A DNA stretch of 64,000 nt, taken from the NCBI GenBank assembly GCA_001687465.1, contig LVLI01000095.1, positions 1 to 64,000 of the forward strand. The letters run 5' to 3'. Position 1 is the first letter of the stretch. The number at the start of each line of letters is the position of its first letter. The notes under the pieces are model-generated. The model saw only the letters and a list, made by a program, of their open reading frames with translations. It had not been told where the DNA came from and did no database searches. This document shows positions 49,701 through 63,194 of the stretch, one piece after another. Position numbers and translations under genes: made by a program. Source of the DNA: Halocafeteria seosinensis. Taxonomy: Eukaryota.

Positions 49701-50775
49701 ATGCAGCTTCAATGAGTGCGAAGCGTTGCAACAGCTATTTGAGAATGAACCGAATAACGAAATTTGGCCCGAAGGCCTTGAGCGATGGCAGAAAAAGAGC
49801 CAAGATTACCGACACGGTTTAATAAAGTGGCGTGTGGAGGAAGAGAGCACACTCAGCTCAGCCTTTTGGTTGCACGTGTACGACAATGACACAGCAACCA
49901 GAGAGGAGATAGAAGCGTATTTCAGGAATTTTGAAGCGCGTGAGAAGGTGAAACAAATTCCGGACCGTCACAAAGAAGGCTTGGACTACATCATGAACAA
50001 AATGAATTGGGTAAATCAACACCCGTGTGCTGCGATTTGGTAAGTGTGTCACACCAAGGATCATGCTAGTGTTCAATAAGGCAACTACTGCAATTAATTT
50101 CCGCTGGAACAGGTATGTGTTCTTTGATGATTTGTGGGAGACTAATAACGAGGTTGGAATGATCGCCGATTTGCAAAAGGACCTTGATCCATCGTAAGTT
50201 TCGGGGTCTCGAGTTGATACTGCCGCTATTGAGTGTAGGTTTACATCCTCTGTGCAGTGAGGAAGGGTCTATAGCTTTCCGGCCAATGAAACGAGAGAAA
50301 TTGGAAGAATGGTTAGATGAGAGGGGTCTGAGAGCGTCATATCGTTGGATAACCCCAGCCATTCTTGATCTATTGTTTGACTTGGTATGTATTTCTGGAA
50401 AATGAATGCTGCTCTTGTGGTGTACTTCATTGAACGCGGTCTGAAGTACAGATGGAGAAGACGGATGAAGATTACAGCAAGTTTGATGCGGAGCTGCAAG
50501 AAATGCAAGAAGAAGAGGGTGAAGACGAAGCAGCGAAAAAGGAAGCCTCCAAGGCTCAGAGCCAATTTAGTTCTGGTGTCAGATGCGCCTACGCTGTGCG
50601 TCGCAACACCGCTCAGAACCGAGTCGTCCATAGTAGTCTTGGTGCTATGAAAGAGGGAAAGGTGACAAACATGGCAAATTATGCTGGGGGAGCATACATC
50701 CCCAAGGATGTCGAAGGTGAGCAACATGAGAACCCTCTGAAGCAACAGGAAGAGGAGGAGGAAGAAGAAGAGTAG
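46779..50775 (+). CDS. Multipass membrane protein of unknown function, many exons
   Basis: Consecutive GT-AG-linked ORFs with about 7 hydrophobic helices (e.g. YDGFERKWSFYKVWVMATKFLLV) and a long acidic soluble C-terminus. Confidence 0.7.
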
Positions 50776-51029
50776 ACATCTTTTCAGTTTTCAGTATCCC
50801 ATTGGAGTCGAAGATTTTGTAGAAAACAAAATGACGTACCATAGTATTCCTTTTACCACGTTGTACAGTGATTGCTCCCCGTCTGCTACACTTTTTCACA
50901 TCAAAAAAAGGATCCGCGTACGAAAGCGTTGACCATGAACCGTACAGTGCTCCAGCAGCATTTGCTGGTGGTCAAAAAATCAGCTGGCCCAGCACTCAGT
51001 AGCTGGAGCTGGGGGATGTCCTCGCGCCA

Positions 51030-51067
51030 ATTCCCAGCCTTAACTTCCATTCCCAGCCTTAACTTCC
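51030..51067. repeat. Perfect 19-bp tandem duplication ATTCCCAGCCTTAACTTCC
   Basis: Seen directly. Confidence 0.9.
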
Positions 51068-51486
51068 AAGCATGTCTACCGCATAGTGTTTCTCTTCAAG
51101 AGCAGCATACTACTTGAGAGAAAAGGAGTTACACGGGGAAAAGGTCAAGGTACCCTCTTTTTGTACTGCCATATGGTACAACCCCGTGTATGTATATGTA
51201 CGTGGAAGAATCCAAGTGCACGCGGCTGCCAAGCAGACGCACGTGCGGTCGGTCGCACGGTTGTAGAACACAAGAGACTGTGGGTGAATAGTTTGTCACT
51301 ATCGATTATGTTTGATACCATAAATATGGAAAATTTACGCGGTTGCTGGGTGGGGAGGTTTTCATTCGTCATTTTTCTTTTGGAGTGTACTCGTCGCTTG
51401 AATATATAGTCTACAGGTGCGATTTTTTTTTGTTTCTTGGCTTCTGAAACCCTTGCAAGAGACAGCGCGTTGCACGGGGAGCCATA

Positions 51487-52893
51487 ATGCAACCAGATAA
51501 CGATGTCGTCAAGTCGATGATGGCCGAGTTGGAGGAGGAGGAGAAAGAAGAGGGTAAAGATGCACCGAAAGAAAATAGCCCGTCGCAAGCGAAATACACC
51601 TACTATTCCGGCGCGGCGGACTCATTTGGCGCGTTGCAGCACGTGAGAGCCTCGGCCACCGCCGCCCACGCCTCGTCCAGTACTGTCAACTCGAACATAG
51701 GCTCCCGAGAGAAGTCCCACAGCTATACAGCACCCCGGGACGACATGGAGGAAGAGAGCTCCGAGGATGACAGCAGTAATTTGGGAGCAGAGACCTTCGC
51801 CAAAGGGATCCGGGTACAACACCACAGTGGAAGTGGACGGCACTCGTCAGGGTATCTGGCGGAGAGCATTGTCGGCGGCGGTGCAGCGCACGGCTTGCGC
51901 GCGAAAGAGGAAGCTGAGTCGGTACGCAGTTTTGTGCATCAGCCGGGGGAGAAGGGGCGTTTTACAATGGTATGTCGTTTCAGAAGTGTGAACGTGAACA
52001 ATCGACACCCAGACAGGGCAGCTTCTTGCTCTGTGTGAATATGCAGTGTTATATAATAAGGAAAAAGCATTTGGTGGGAAACCCGACGTATTATGTCTAC
52101 TTGGAGAAGGATGACCAGTACCTCATGTGCGCTCAAGTAAGGTACAGACATGGATCGGAAATACCGCGGTTGAAGTACATACCCGTTATGTTATGTTCAG
52201 AAACGCAAGAGGAATAAAACTGCTAATTATCTTATTACGCTCGACAAAGAACCTGGGAATCGCGATAACCCGTTGAATTTGGGCAAGGTTCGAGGAAGCT
52301 GGGTACGTAGAGTACATAGCATCGCTAGCAGTGTGTGAGTATTCATGGGTGGAAACGATCCACAGACGGGAGAACATTATACCATCTACGATCAAGGGCT
52401 GAGTTTTGAAGACACTGTTTCTGCCACCTCTCTAAGAAGGGAACTAGGTTTAGTCCGCTTCTCGTATTCCAATACCGGCCCGGGTAGGCTTAGTGTCTTC
52501 CTCCCGAAAGTTTCGGATCTTGGCCATCCTACAGTGATTCGTCCCCAAGAAGAGAAGGAAACGATAGCTAATCGGATACTAACTGAAGGGGAGCCGAACT
52601 TTGAGGTATTGCATAACAAAGAACCTCACTGGGAGGAAAAACTGGGCTCTTACGTGTTGAACTTTCGAAATCGTGTCAAGAGGAGTAGTATCAAGAATTT
52701 CCAGCTGGCTCAAAAGGGTGATGACAAAGTTGTCTTACAGTTTGGAAGAGCTGATAGTAACAGATTCATCATGGATTATCGACATCCTTTAAGTGCGTTT
52801 CAAGCATTGTCTATTGTGTTGAGTACTTTAGATACCAAGATAGCCGACACCGCGGCTTACACGAAGTTCCGTGAGAAGCGGCGTTCTGCGTAG
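51487..52893 (+). CDS. Tubby-domain protein (paralog 2), multi-exon
   Basis: YYVYLE, KTANYLI, NKEPHWEE..GSYVLNFRNRV..SSIKNFQL, LQFGR and FIMDYRHPLSAFQA motifs. The start is uncertain. Confidence 0.9.
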
Positions 52894-53157
52894 ACGACAC
52901 AGCAACTCTCTATAAATCCAATTACTATTCGTGGACAATACTAGCATCACTTTCTCTCTTTTCTGTCGATAGTTTGGGTATTTTGCCAAGTTGGCTTAGA
53001 CTTGAAGCGTGGCGTTTATTGAACAATTCAAACAAAGCCACAATTCAAATGGAAGGCCCTAACCTCTCGACCACTACCATAAACCATGGACCAGGTCGTT
53101 TTGGAAGGACTCCTAGTAACTGAGTGAAATAAAAAAAAACAACGAGAGCCAATAAAA

Positions 53158-54426
53158 ATGCTGTGGGTGGATAAGTATCGCCCAAAGACCTTGGACTCGG
53201 TGGATTACCACAAGGACCTCTCCCAGAGGCTCAAACTGATGGTATGTGAGCTATACAAGGCACTTTTCTGTATTCTGACGCTATTACACGTGTGCATACT
53301 GCAGGCTGAAGGTGGAGAGGTGCCTCACATGCTCTTTTATGGACCGAATGGCGCGGGCAAACGCACTCGTATCATGGCAACATTACGCCAGGTATTCGGA
53401 AATGGCGTCGATAAGGTGAGTCCGTCCCGGTGCATATACACATGATGGTGCTTGTTCAAACCATTCATGTACATACGTGCATGTGTATGCGTGACAGATG
53501 AAACAAGAGTATCGCAATATTAAGGTACGAGCAATTCTTGGAGGTTGGGTTGCACGAGGGAGGGGATATTAGACGTTGTACTTTATGTATGCGTGTACAT
53601 GCAGACTCCTTCAGGACGAAAAATTGAGGTGATCAGTATGGCGAGCAATTATCATATCGAACTCAATGCCGCCGATGCTGGGATCTATGACACGTATGTG
53701 GTTCAGGAAGTCATCAAAGAAATTGCCGCCTTCCGACCATTGGACAGTAAACAGAAGTATAAGGTACTTATCATATCAGAAGTCGATAGACTGACAAACC
53801 AAGCACAAGCAGCACTGAGGAGGACAATGGAACTCTACAGTCGTCAGTGTCGGCTTATCTTATGTTGTTTATCCCCCTCAAAAGTGGTCGAACCAATCCG
53901 ATCCAGATGCCTAGGAGTTCGGGTTCCCGCTCCTAATCAGAAGGAACTGATGAATATTCTGAAAAGTGTAGCAAAAGACGAAAAACTTGAAATCCCTAAC
54001 CAGCTAGTAGCGAGGATTGCTGCCCAGTCGGATCGGAATGTCCGGAGAGCGATTCTTATGATGGAAACTTGCAAGGTGCAGCAGTACCCGTTTACTGCTG
54101 ATCAAGAAGTACAGGTGACTGATTGGGAGCGATATATTGCTTTTCTAGGAAATGATATTGTGGCTGAACAAAGCCCAAATCGCGTTCTGGCTTGTCGCCA
54201 GAAAGTTTACGAGCTCCTTGTGAATTGTATACCAGCGGATGTGATCATCAAGTATTTATGTAAGGAGCTATACCCTAAGGTAAACAACACCATGAAGCAT
54301 GAAATTGCACATTGGGCAAGCCATTATGAACACCAGCTTCGATTGGGACAAAAGGAGATCTTTCATATTGAAGCCTTTATAGTGCGGATCATGAGCCTTT
54401 ATCGACAACACCACGGGAATATTTAG
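53158..54426 (+). CDS. RFC3: Replication factor C subunit 3 (yeast Rfc5 ortholog), with a 27-nt microexon at 53498-53524
   Basis: LWVDKYRP, YGPNGAGKRT, AQAALRRTME, IRSRC and IFHIEAF motifs. Confidence 0.95.
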
Positions 54427-54613
54427 ACTGGATGAAGTTGTTCTCAGGAACATAATACTCCGATATCAAGTCAGATGAAGTTGCTTATGCACGAGAAACA
54501 TCGGTCCAGGGGACGAGTAGTTGTTTGGAAAAAGCTACTATGAACTATGCCGTGGAAATAGAGAAAAATATATTGCTGTCATCCACAAGTTAGCGAAAAG
54601 TTCATTAGTTGGA

Positions 54614-56067
54614 TTACTCCAGTGGCTCAACGAAATTGCCGGGAAATACACCCTTCTTTTCCCGTTCATCGTGTCCCTCGTACCAACCATCATCATGCTT
54701 CTTAGTGACGTAGAGCTTTTCCCCAACGAGCAACTCAAGTTCGTCTGCATTTTGAGGCTTGTAAGGATGCTTGACACGTACCGTCTCAATCGATGGAGCC
54801 GGGACGTAGACGGAGCTTGGAGTACTAGACGCTTGGCCTTGGGTGCCCCGATCTGGTGCATCGGGCGCTTGGGGGCGTTCTTGGGCTTCTGCTTGCGCCT
54901 TTGCTTCTCTTTCCTCGTGGGCGTTACGAGTTTCGGATGCACTTCGTACACGCACAGGCTTGGCATCTTTGTTGAAATGGGGCACTTCTTTGACGGCATC
55001 AAGTCCCGAGCCGAATAGTTGTTTCTGGAGCTCCAAAAACTGTATGCCCCGAAGCAATCCTGGTGACGAACAAACAATCATACTCCAGAGATAAAGAAAA
55101 ATTACGCATACCTTGTTTAATTGTGGAGTGATGACTGAAAAGCGTTTGCTTTCTACGAGGTCGAAATCGTTGTACAGTTTTTGGGTGGCTTCGTCTAGAG
55201 TTTGCTTGGCTTTCTCCTTGGCGGCTTCTTTCTCCTCCAATTTGTGGGGATTATTGGATCCTCCTTTTTCTTTCAACTTAGCCACTTCTCGAACATAGGA
55301 ATCGTAGTCAAGTTTCAGGTATTCGCGATGTTGCATCTGCTTGCTCTGCTCTTCCAGATGTCGATTAATGTTCTGCAATGGATCCAGGATTTTGGCGACG
55401 TATTGCTCATCAAAGAGCCGGCGAATTTCATCATCGAGACCTTTCATGTTGTCCTTGAGAACATCGGCTGATTTCTTTAGATCTTCGGGACAGTCGTTGT
55501 CATCATAATGGCTTTCCACCATCTCACCGATCTGAGAACTGGCGAAGCAAAGTGCTGCAATTACGATGTATGCGTCCATTCACTCATCTATTCTCTTTCT
55601 TTCTCTGATAGCGTGACAATTACGTACACCGAATGGCATCCAGATATTTACGGAACTTCTTCTCCATATCCGCATAGTGTTTGCGCAGTGCCACAATCCG
55701 CCGTTTGCGCTCTTCATACTCGGAATCATCCGTGGCGTACTCATTGTTGCCAAATTTACTCCGGACCTGCTGGCCCAATCGGCGCGTCACATTACTGAAT
55801 CGAGTACCGAAACTTTCTCCTTTCTGCGAATGAGAAAAAGGCGTCATTAAGCTCAATAGAATGAAAAACCACCCCAAAAAGAGCACCACTCGTTCAACTT
55901 GAACCCACTCAAAGCACTCTTTTGGGCGTTTCTAAGGGAACAAACGAGGTACGTACAGCTTCTTCACCTTCGTCAGAGGTACCATGGCCACCTGCAGCGG
56001 CGCCAGAGGACTCTCCTGACTTGGCAATGGTGCCAAATGAAGATAGCTTCTGCTTGAAGTTCTGCAT
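54614..56067 (-). CDS. BAR-SH3 protein (amphiphysin/endophilin/Rvs167-like), multi-exon
   Basis: Helical BAR region (TDDSEYEE, KLDYDS) and a C-terminal SH3 (HPYKPQNADELEL..DGWYEG..GVFPGNFV). Confidence 0.88.
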
Positions 56068-56642
56068 CCTGGGACTTTGGTGGATTGTACAAGCACACTT
56101 AACTATTGTATTCGCAAGTAGGATAGATTCGTAGTCGACGTCGTTTATGTATGTTAGTACAGAACAACCTCTGTGTTTATGTATGAACTGTGTGGCATGA
56201 ACCATGATGGATGCATCCTGGATGCTAAGATACCATCGACACGACAAACAATTGTTGGACTTGAGGTTTCGGACGAAATTCGGAGGTGGGAAGTTCCAAT
56301 CGGGTGGACAAGAACTTTTGCCATGCCACAGGGATAATGGCCACAGGAAAGGTACAGGGTTTCACGGTTTACGGCCAGAGCCGACAACGAGTTGAGGTCG
56401 GATACTGAATATACTACACTGATTCATCCGGAAATGTGCTACAACGTTGTGCATATTACAGCTACAATTTATAATTGTAATACAACGTACGGAAGAGTGT
56501 GATTTAGATTCGTGTGTTCTCGATTGTTTGGCAAAAATTCTGGCTTAATACACAATTTGTCAGCTACTTCGTATGTCGAGGGAGCTGCTGTGTGCTATCT
56601 CACTGGTACAAGTTAGTAGGCTCACGTGAATCTATTTCGGAG

Positions 56643-59600
56643 TCACCGCTCGCCATTCATCAGTTCGGCCATTACCTTGTCATCTTCATCAGACATCATT
56701 TCGAGGTCTTCGCCGGTGAGCAGTTCACTATTCTCTTGTCGTAGTGTTGTACCAAGAGTATCATCTCCAGAGTCACTAGATGCCTCCACTCGTCCAGCGT
56801 AAGGCTCATGTTTTCGTTCGATAAGTCTCTGTAACGCTCTTAGACGTTCTTCGCGATCCCATAGTATGTCAAAAGAGTCCATTCGGACCTGCCCCAAGAG
56901 TGCTCCAACAGAAACGCCGTCGGAAGCAAAACGGCATGCAAACGGGGCTCCACCACCATTAGCTTCTCGTTCTTCCTCTCCTTTGCGAAACGCCTTCAGA
57001 AAGCGCGGAAAATTGTCTCGTTGCAGAAGTAAGAAGATCTCACTTTGTGAGTCATTGAACATCTGGATGTACCCTGAGCACGAGTCAGGGACGTTGGCGT
57101 TGTCGTCCAAAGGTGATTCTGCGCGAAGAGTCTCGACATCCTCCATCAGTTTCCGGTATACAGTGGAAGACAAATTCACCATACAGGGAGAATCCTTCAA
57201 AACATATGTTTGCAATATATCCTCCATCATGCTGATCATCCAACCGAGGTTCCCCTTGCTCGCCGCTAGGATTGCTTCCCTCTTGTAATGCTCAATTGCT
57301 TGATAAAATTGCAGGTTTTCTAAGGCATGCTCATGCTCCAGATGGACACGGAACGCGTTCAATAAGAACGGATGAGCAAGAATGACCGAGAGAGTAATCT
57401 CAGTAGAAGGGGGAGGTGGCGCCACCAAGAACAAGAAGGAGGAAAGAAGTGGAATTTCACCATATCCTAAAACTTGCCCTCGCCTCGACTGTAGGGTGAC
57501 TAGTAGGTCTTGCTGGCCCAACCAATCCGGATCTAGAGCAATCGGCTGAAGATCAGGTAGGTCCTCTTCAAACCACTTTACTAGGCGTCGAGACGCGTCT
57601 GGGTATGTGTTATAATTACGAGGCTGAGAGGATTCGATAGTCGGTAAGTACGGCGCTGTGAAAACTAGTTGCACTGATTCGCCGGCAGGAACGAGCGAGC
57701 GCATGGTGGAACTTCCTGAGTCCGCCCGAGCAACATTAGAACCCAATCCAACTAACGACGCCCAAAGTTGCTCGGAACTCAATACTTTATCTACCAGCAG
57801 TGCGTGCTGTAACGTCACAGTTATTGAGCCTCGATTTCTCAACTTTGTCGTCCTAGGCACATAATAGAAAGGACGTTCACACTCAACTTCGAAGGACGCA
57901 AGTACCGGCCTGTGGTCGCTCAAATTGACCTCTTTTGACGCTCGATACTCAGTATTTCTCACCTTCCTGGTTGACGAGGGGGAGGATCGGTACAGTACTC
58001 GGTCTGTGTATGACGCATTTTGGTTCTTCTTATTCTGAAACGACACGCCTTTTCCACGCTCCAAGCGGTAGGTTGGCGGAAACTGGATTTCAGGCTCAGA
58101 AAATCCGGAAAAATATCCTAGACGCATTTGCTGGCGAAGTTGGTCCGATTTTACGAGAGGACCGTAGTGTTTGGACTCTGCCCATTTCTTCACCTTTTCG
58201 AACTCTCCAGGAGTACCCGGTTTGCCCAGGTCAACACGATAGTTCAAATCTCCCATGAAAAAAATGTGGTCATAAGAATGAATTAGCGGTATATAGCCAA
58301 CGGAACATGACTGACCCTTTCGCGGATAACCGCGTGCTCCAATGTTTAGCGCCTGGATTATAGTCGCATAATCTTGATTCCGTTCAGCAAGCCGTTCGTG
58401 ACGAGCAGCGAGGTGAGCCGAAACAAATGCAAAAGAAGTTGAGTCTCGGTATGTGAATCCAACGGCTACAGCACCTTTATTGCCAAGTACATTTGCAACA
58501 CCTGTAGCAACAGTGTCAACGCTTATGTTCCCTAGATTCTTTGCGACTACGTTTCTGGCGTATAAGAATAAATGAATCCCCCACAATGTAATTTGAGCAA
58601 CAGTGACGTAGTCCTCCGTTGCTTCAGCATTCCGCGGACTCGATGACGCTTGCAGAACTCCTCTGATGCTCTTCAGCCAATCATCCTTGTGATCGCATTC
58701 CTGTAATGCAACGGCGTACAGGTCATATTCCTGCGGAGGAATCCATTCACTAAGTACATGTGTGTCGTAAGTAGGTTTCGAGCCACCACAATTGAACGTG
58801 CCGCACCAGATGCGAAGGGAATCTGGTGGAGGAGCAGCATTTACTATCCCATATGCTCGGACGGAAGAAAAGTCCAACTTGTTCATTACTGCATGTAAAA
58901 GACCACGAAAGGTTGATCGCAGCGATGCCGTGGGGAACTCAATATCCAGAAAGAAACGATCATCGATGTTTTCCGTTTCCTCCTCTGCTGTGTGTGTTGG
59001 AGAGGTGCTGCTGGCGTTGCGTATTACAGGTTTAACTGAATCCTTGAAAAACAGCTTTAAGCGCTCTAACTCGTTACAGGAGGTTTCGATTCTTACATTC
59101 CCCTTGGAGAGGGAGTACTCTTCAACCTGTTTTGCATCATTGAAGTCTTTCTGCCTTTTCAATACTTGCTGCTGCGGATCAATTGTCAAGACGCGCCGTG
59201 CGGACGCCATCCCGTAAGTATGAATCTGTACTTTGAAGGAAACGGCTTCTCCTCCCAAGTCTTCCTTAAAGACGTCGTCCATGAAAACCATGTCTGATTG
59301 CAACAGGTGTGCCAGTAAACAGAAGTTCTCTCGCGCGGACTCTGTGTCAAATTTCAGCGACACCACTCTTTCGTTGGTAGGATTCCGGAAGCACACTCTC
59401 AATACACGGTGGCCCATTTCGGCAACTCGTTGCATGTACTCGATGTCTAACAAATTCTTAGCAAACGAAAGCACCTCCGACTTATAGACTAGTAATTCGC
59501 GCGAATTGATGTTGAAACACAGTTCTCGCGATTGCCATTTGCCAACTCTGTTCTGCTTTAACACGTTAAATCGAGGGGAGTACCACAGTCTCTGCTTCAT

Positions 59601-62600
59601 CGGTTCAGGAGAAGATGACTTGTTAAGGTGTTTTGTATTGTTGCGCAGAAATCGTCGAAACATCGCAGATTGCCGGAAATCGTCTACTTCCAAATTAAGT
59701 TCTGTTCCCTGCAGAAACTCCTCAAAAAGATCCTCGAAGAGTCTGGAGGAAAGTGATGTCTCATTCGCTCTAAACCTCGTCTCATTACCATGTTGGCGCG
59801 CATCAATGTCATTCCCAGCCTCGAGGAAGTGTTGTACAGCATTCGTCAAAGCATAAATCGTCTTGACGGACACAAACGGAGCAAGTTTGGAGCCTGCAAA
59901 AAGATAGCTTTCTTTGAAGTTAAGAAGCTCATTTCGCAATGTATCATCCATCTGCGCTGACGTCAAGCTTTCAAGCAATTTCGTAGACGAGCCTGATACC
60001 AGCGATAATGTGTTCTTGGAAGCTATCCGATCCCAAAAACATTCAAGCAGCGTCTCAAGCTCAGTTCCAAAGCGATACAGCAAGTCAATAGTGTCAGTCG
60101 TCTTGCTTGAGTGGCTCTTGAACGCATCACGGAAGTCCTGGTGCTTGACAAGCTTATACACAGGAGCATCTTCTCCCAATATGGTCAGCTCAAATACATG
60201 CAATAACTCTTCTTTTTGCGCAAACACCTCTTTGATATCTTGTCTTCTGAATGCGATGGTAGTTGCTCCGCTCATGGTCGTTTCTAGGTCGAATCCTACC
60301 GCACGCGGTTTACTACTTGCAAGAACTTCATAGTTTATGCAATCACCACTTGCGTACTTCTTGGTTACAAGTTTTCCGGAAGGACCAGTTTGGGTCATTT
60401 TGATCGTTCCTTGGGTAATAACGTAGCAGTTGCCGTCGTATGTACCGCTTCGCACAAGTACAGAGTTGGATGCATGTTGCGCAAAGCGGCCGTACTTTGA
60501 TAGATCCGAAAGAACGTCTTCAGAAAGGTTTGCTAGTACCTCTACTTGAAGACCGCGAATGCTACTTGCAGCATGAGATGCTATATAGTCTTGTAAGGAT
60601 GCCCTTAAGCCTGGGGTACCGTTCAATAGAGCACTAAAGTGTCGACGGTGTTGCACAAGTAGTAAGCATTCTTGTGTAGCCGAGACAGACGCGGACACAG
60701 GTACTTCTTTGAACAAAGATATTTCCCCAAAATACTCGCCCGATCTTCCTGCAGCAATGCAACTACAAATAAAGCCATCACGCACATCGATTTGTGACCA
60801 GACGCTGTACTCACCTGTCTTCAACTTCCTACCATGCTCTGTGAAACGTACTTCTCCATGAACAAGAATGAAAAATGCATCGCCGGGCGTATCCTCGATC
60901 AGCAAGCTCTCCCTTGAATATCGCGTGACGACGCGGAACGTGTTTGCGATACTCTTCAGCTTGTCTTCGTGAAGACGTTGGAAAAAATTCACGCTTCGGA
61001 GGAACAACATAGTGAGGGAATGTGAACACTCCAAGAGAAACTTCCTCCTGAGGAGTAACCATTTATCGCCAAAGGTATGTTTAACGCTGTTGATACTCAA
61101 AAATAGCACTTGGCTTCCTGGAAACACAGCCAAGGAACAATAACGATAGTTAAGATCCATTCTTCAAAATTGCAAATTTTTTCTTACTTGTTTTTGCTGT
61201 CGCCCGAATTTGGCTTTTGAAGTATTCGTGTGATATAAGAGCTTCGTCGTGAATAATTTCACCGAACTGTAAAAAGATAGTCCGTGGATATACAAAATAT
61301 CAGTAACAATGGAGAGGAAGCTAAGTAAGCGTACCGAAAGATCATAGGAGGACTTGTTTGCATCCTCGATAGCAATGGTACCCTCGACAGGAAGGATAAC
61401 GGATTCAATGAGGTTTCCCTGCATGGACAAGTAGGACAAGCGAAACGGCATGTGAGTCATGGGAATCAATACGGCTATAATTTTCAAGAAGCGCGTACTG
61501 GATAGGTGATCTCCGACCCCGGAGAGACATTTACCATGGTAACACACTGCATCACCAGAGAATGTTCCTGGGGAGAAGCATCCCAAAACATCCGGAAATT
61601 CTGCGGTAGTTTAGGAGATCTGAAGCATTGAACAATACTCTTGCTTTTCAGTTTTTCGTCTCGTATTATAGAAAATCCTGTTTGTCGGTCGAGGTAAGCC
61701 TCCGCTTGTTCGTAGGCTGACGACGCAGTATTGGGGACACCACTGCTCTCCGGAGAGTTTGACTTCCTGCCTCCGTTTCTCGTTGCAGCTTCCTCAGTTC
61801 TGGGGGTTGTTGTCTGTTCTTTTGAGAGTTCCTCTTCGTCTTCACCTCCTGAAAGATCATCCGAGCATATCGAGGAATTGATTCGAACCATTTGTCCGAC
61901 TTTCTTCTTGGTAACGGCGGCAGTTCTGGGATTGACGATGATTTTCTTTCGCTGTGGAGAGGATGTCTTGGCACCTTGCTGAGCAAATTGCGATTGATTC
62001 GATGGGGTGGAGATGACATCACTTTGCTGCTGCATGTCAGTCGGCGAGGCGGTCCCATACGTTCTTGAGTGTGTTTGTAGCGGAGAGGAATGCTCCGTTC
62101 GTTGTTGTTGGTAACTTCCAGCTCCACTGGTGCTACGGCTACGGCTGTCCTTTCTTCGAGTTCCTGGCGCATACTGTAGATCTTGATAAGTGTCACTCGA
62201 ATGCGCTGTCGGAGTGCTGTCATCGTCATAAAATTGGTCTGTGTCATGTCCTTCCCCTTCCGCAACACTTCCACTCTCGGATGCGCTCGAGATATAGTCG
62301 CTCGGGTGCTCCCAGGTGCTCACATTAGTCCGTATATTGTACCAGTAGGGTATCCCCTGTGTATCATCGATGGCTTTGACCCATTCAGGGTTCTTCCACG
62401 TCGATACATTGGTGAGTGGATTGTGCCAAAAGGGTCTCTGGCTATTCTCATCGAAATACTGCTCCCACGGCCATTCAGCATGCTTCACCGCCTCGGGGTC
62501 CACGCCCTCGGGGACCTCCCAGGAGCATTCACCTGTGACTGTATTGTACCAGAAATAGTCGCCTGTGGCAGCATCCTGCAATGGACGCCACTCCGCCGCG

Positions 62601-62626
62601 GCGGGGGCTGAGGGACTGTTGTCCAT
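56643..62626 (-). CDS. Multidomain inositol polyphosphate 5-phosphatase: WW x3, cNMP-binding x2-3, degenerate RGS-like, PH-like, 5-phosphatase, C2 with inserted RGS; multi-exon
   Basis: WW repeats (W...YWYN..T..STWE.P); GDAFFILVHG...GEYFGEISL (cNMP); GTFNCG, GNKGAVAV, FVSAHLAA, FFMGDLNYR, SYTDRVL and SDHRPV (5-phosphatase); EHALENLQFY...VNLS...RDNFPRFL (RGS). Confidence 0.88.
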
Positions 62627-63194
62627 TGCCCTGCTCTGTATACTATAGTAACGGTATATATATACCGATATATAGCTGTATGATCCCGTTTGAAGGCAGA
62701 TAAAAGGACACTAAGCACCATGTAGTCCAAGACAATCAATGCCACAATTCCCATCCTGTGCTGTCCTATTTCGCCTGCTGGCTGCTCTGCTCCCTGGGTC
62801 CTAGGACCCTCATATTCAAGGCCAAGGCCGGTCCCTCACGCGGCGGGCGGCAATTTTGCCGGGATGCTCGCCGCTCAGCTCGGTCCAACCAACCTTTGCT
62901 ATAGAGGGGAGGGAATTCATCCTTCGCGGGCAGGGTGCCCATCATTGGGGATAAACGAGTTTCTGTCCTGCAGCAGCAAGCAGCAGCAGAGAGAAACATG
63001 GAGGACGTTACACTTGTTCTACTTCTGCGGAGCTTGGCCATAAACCAGCAGAACCAGATAAAGCATAGCGGTTCAAAGCAGAAACATGCAGATGTGTCAT
63101 TATTCGACAACAAGGGAAGTGGGTGCGTATCACTCGTTCTGTGTGCTTGTGTTGCACAAGTTGTTTAGAGTAATGTTGTACCAACGAAGAGCGG

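Noticed and set aside
62766..63170. Short GC-rich ORFs upstream of the phosphatase gene
   Set aside because: No motif support; likely UTR or intergenic sequence.
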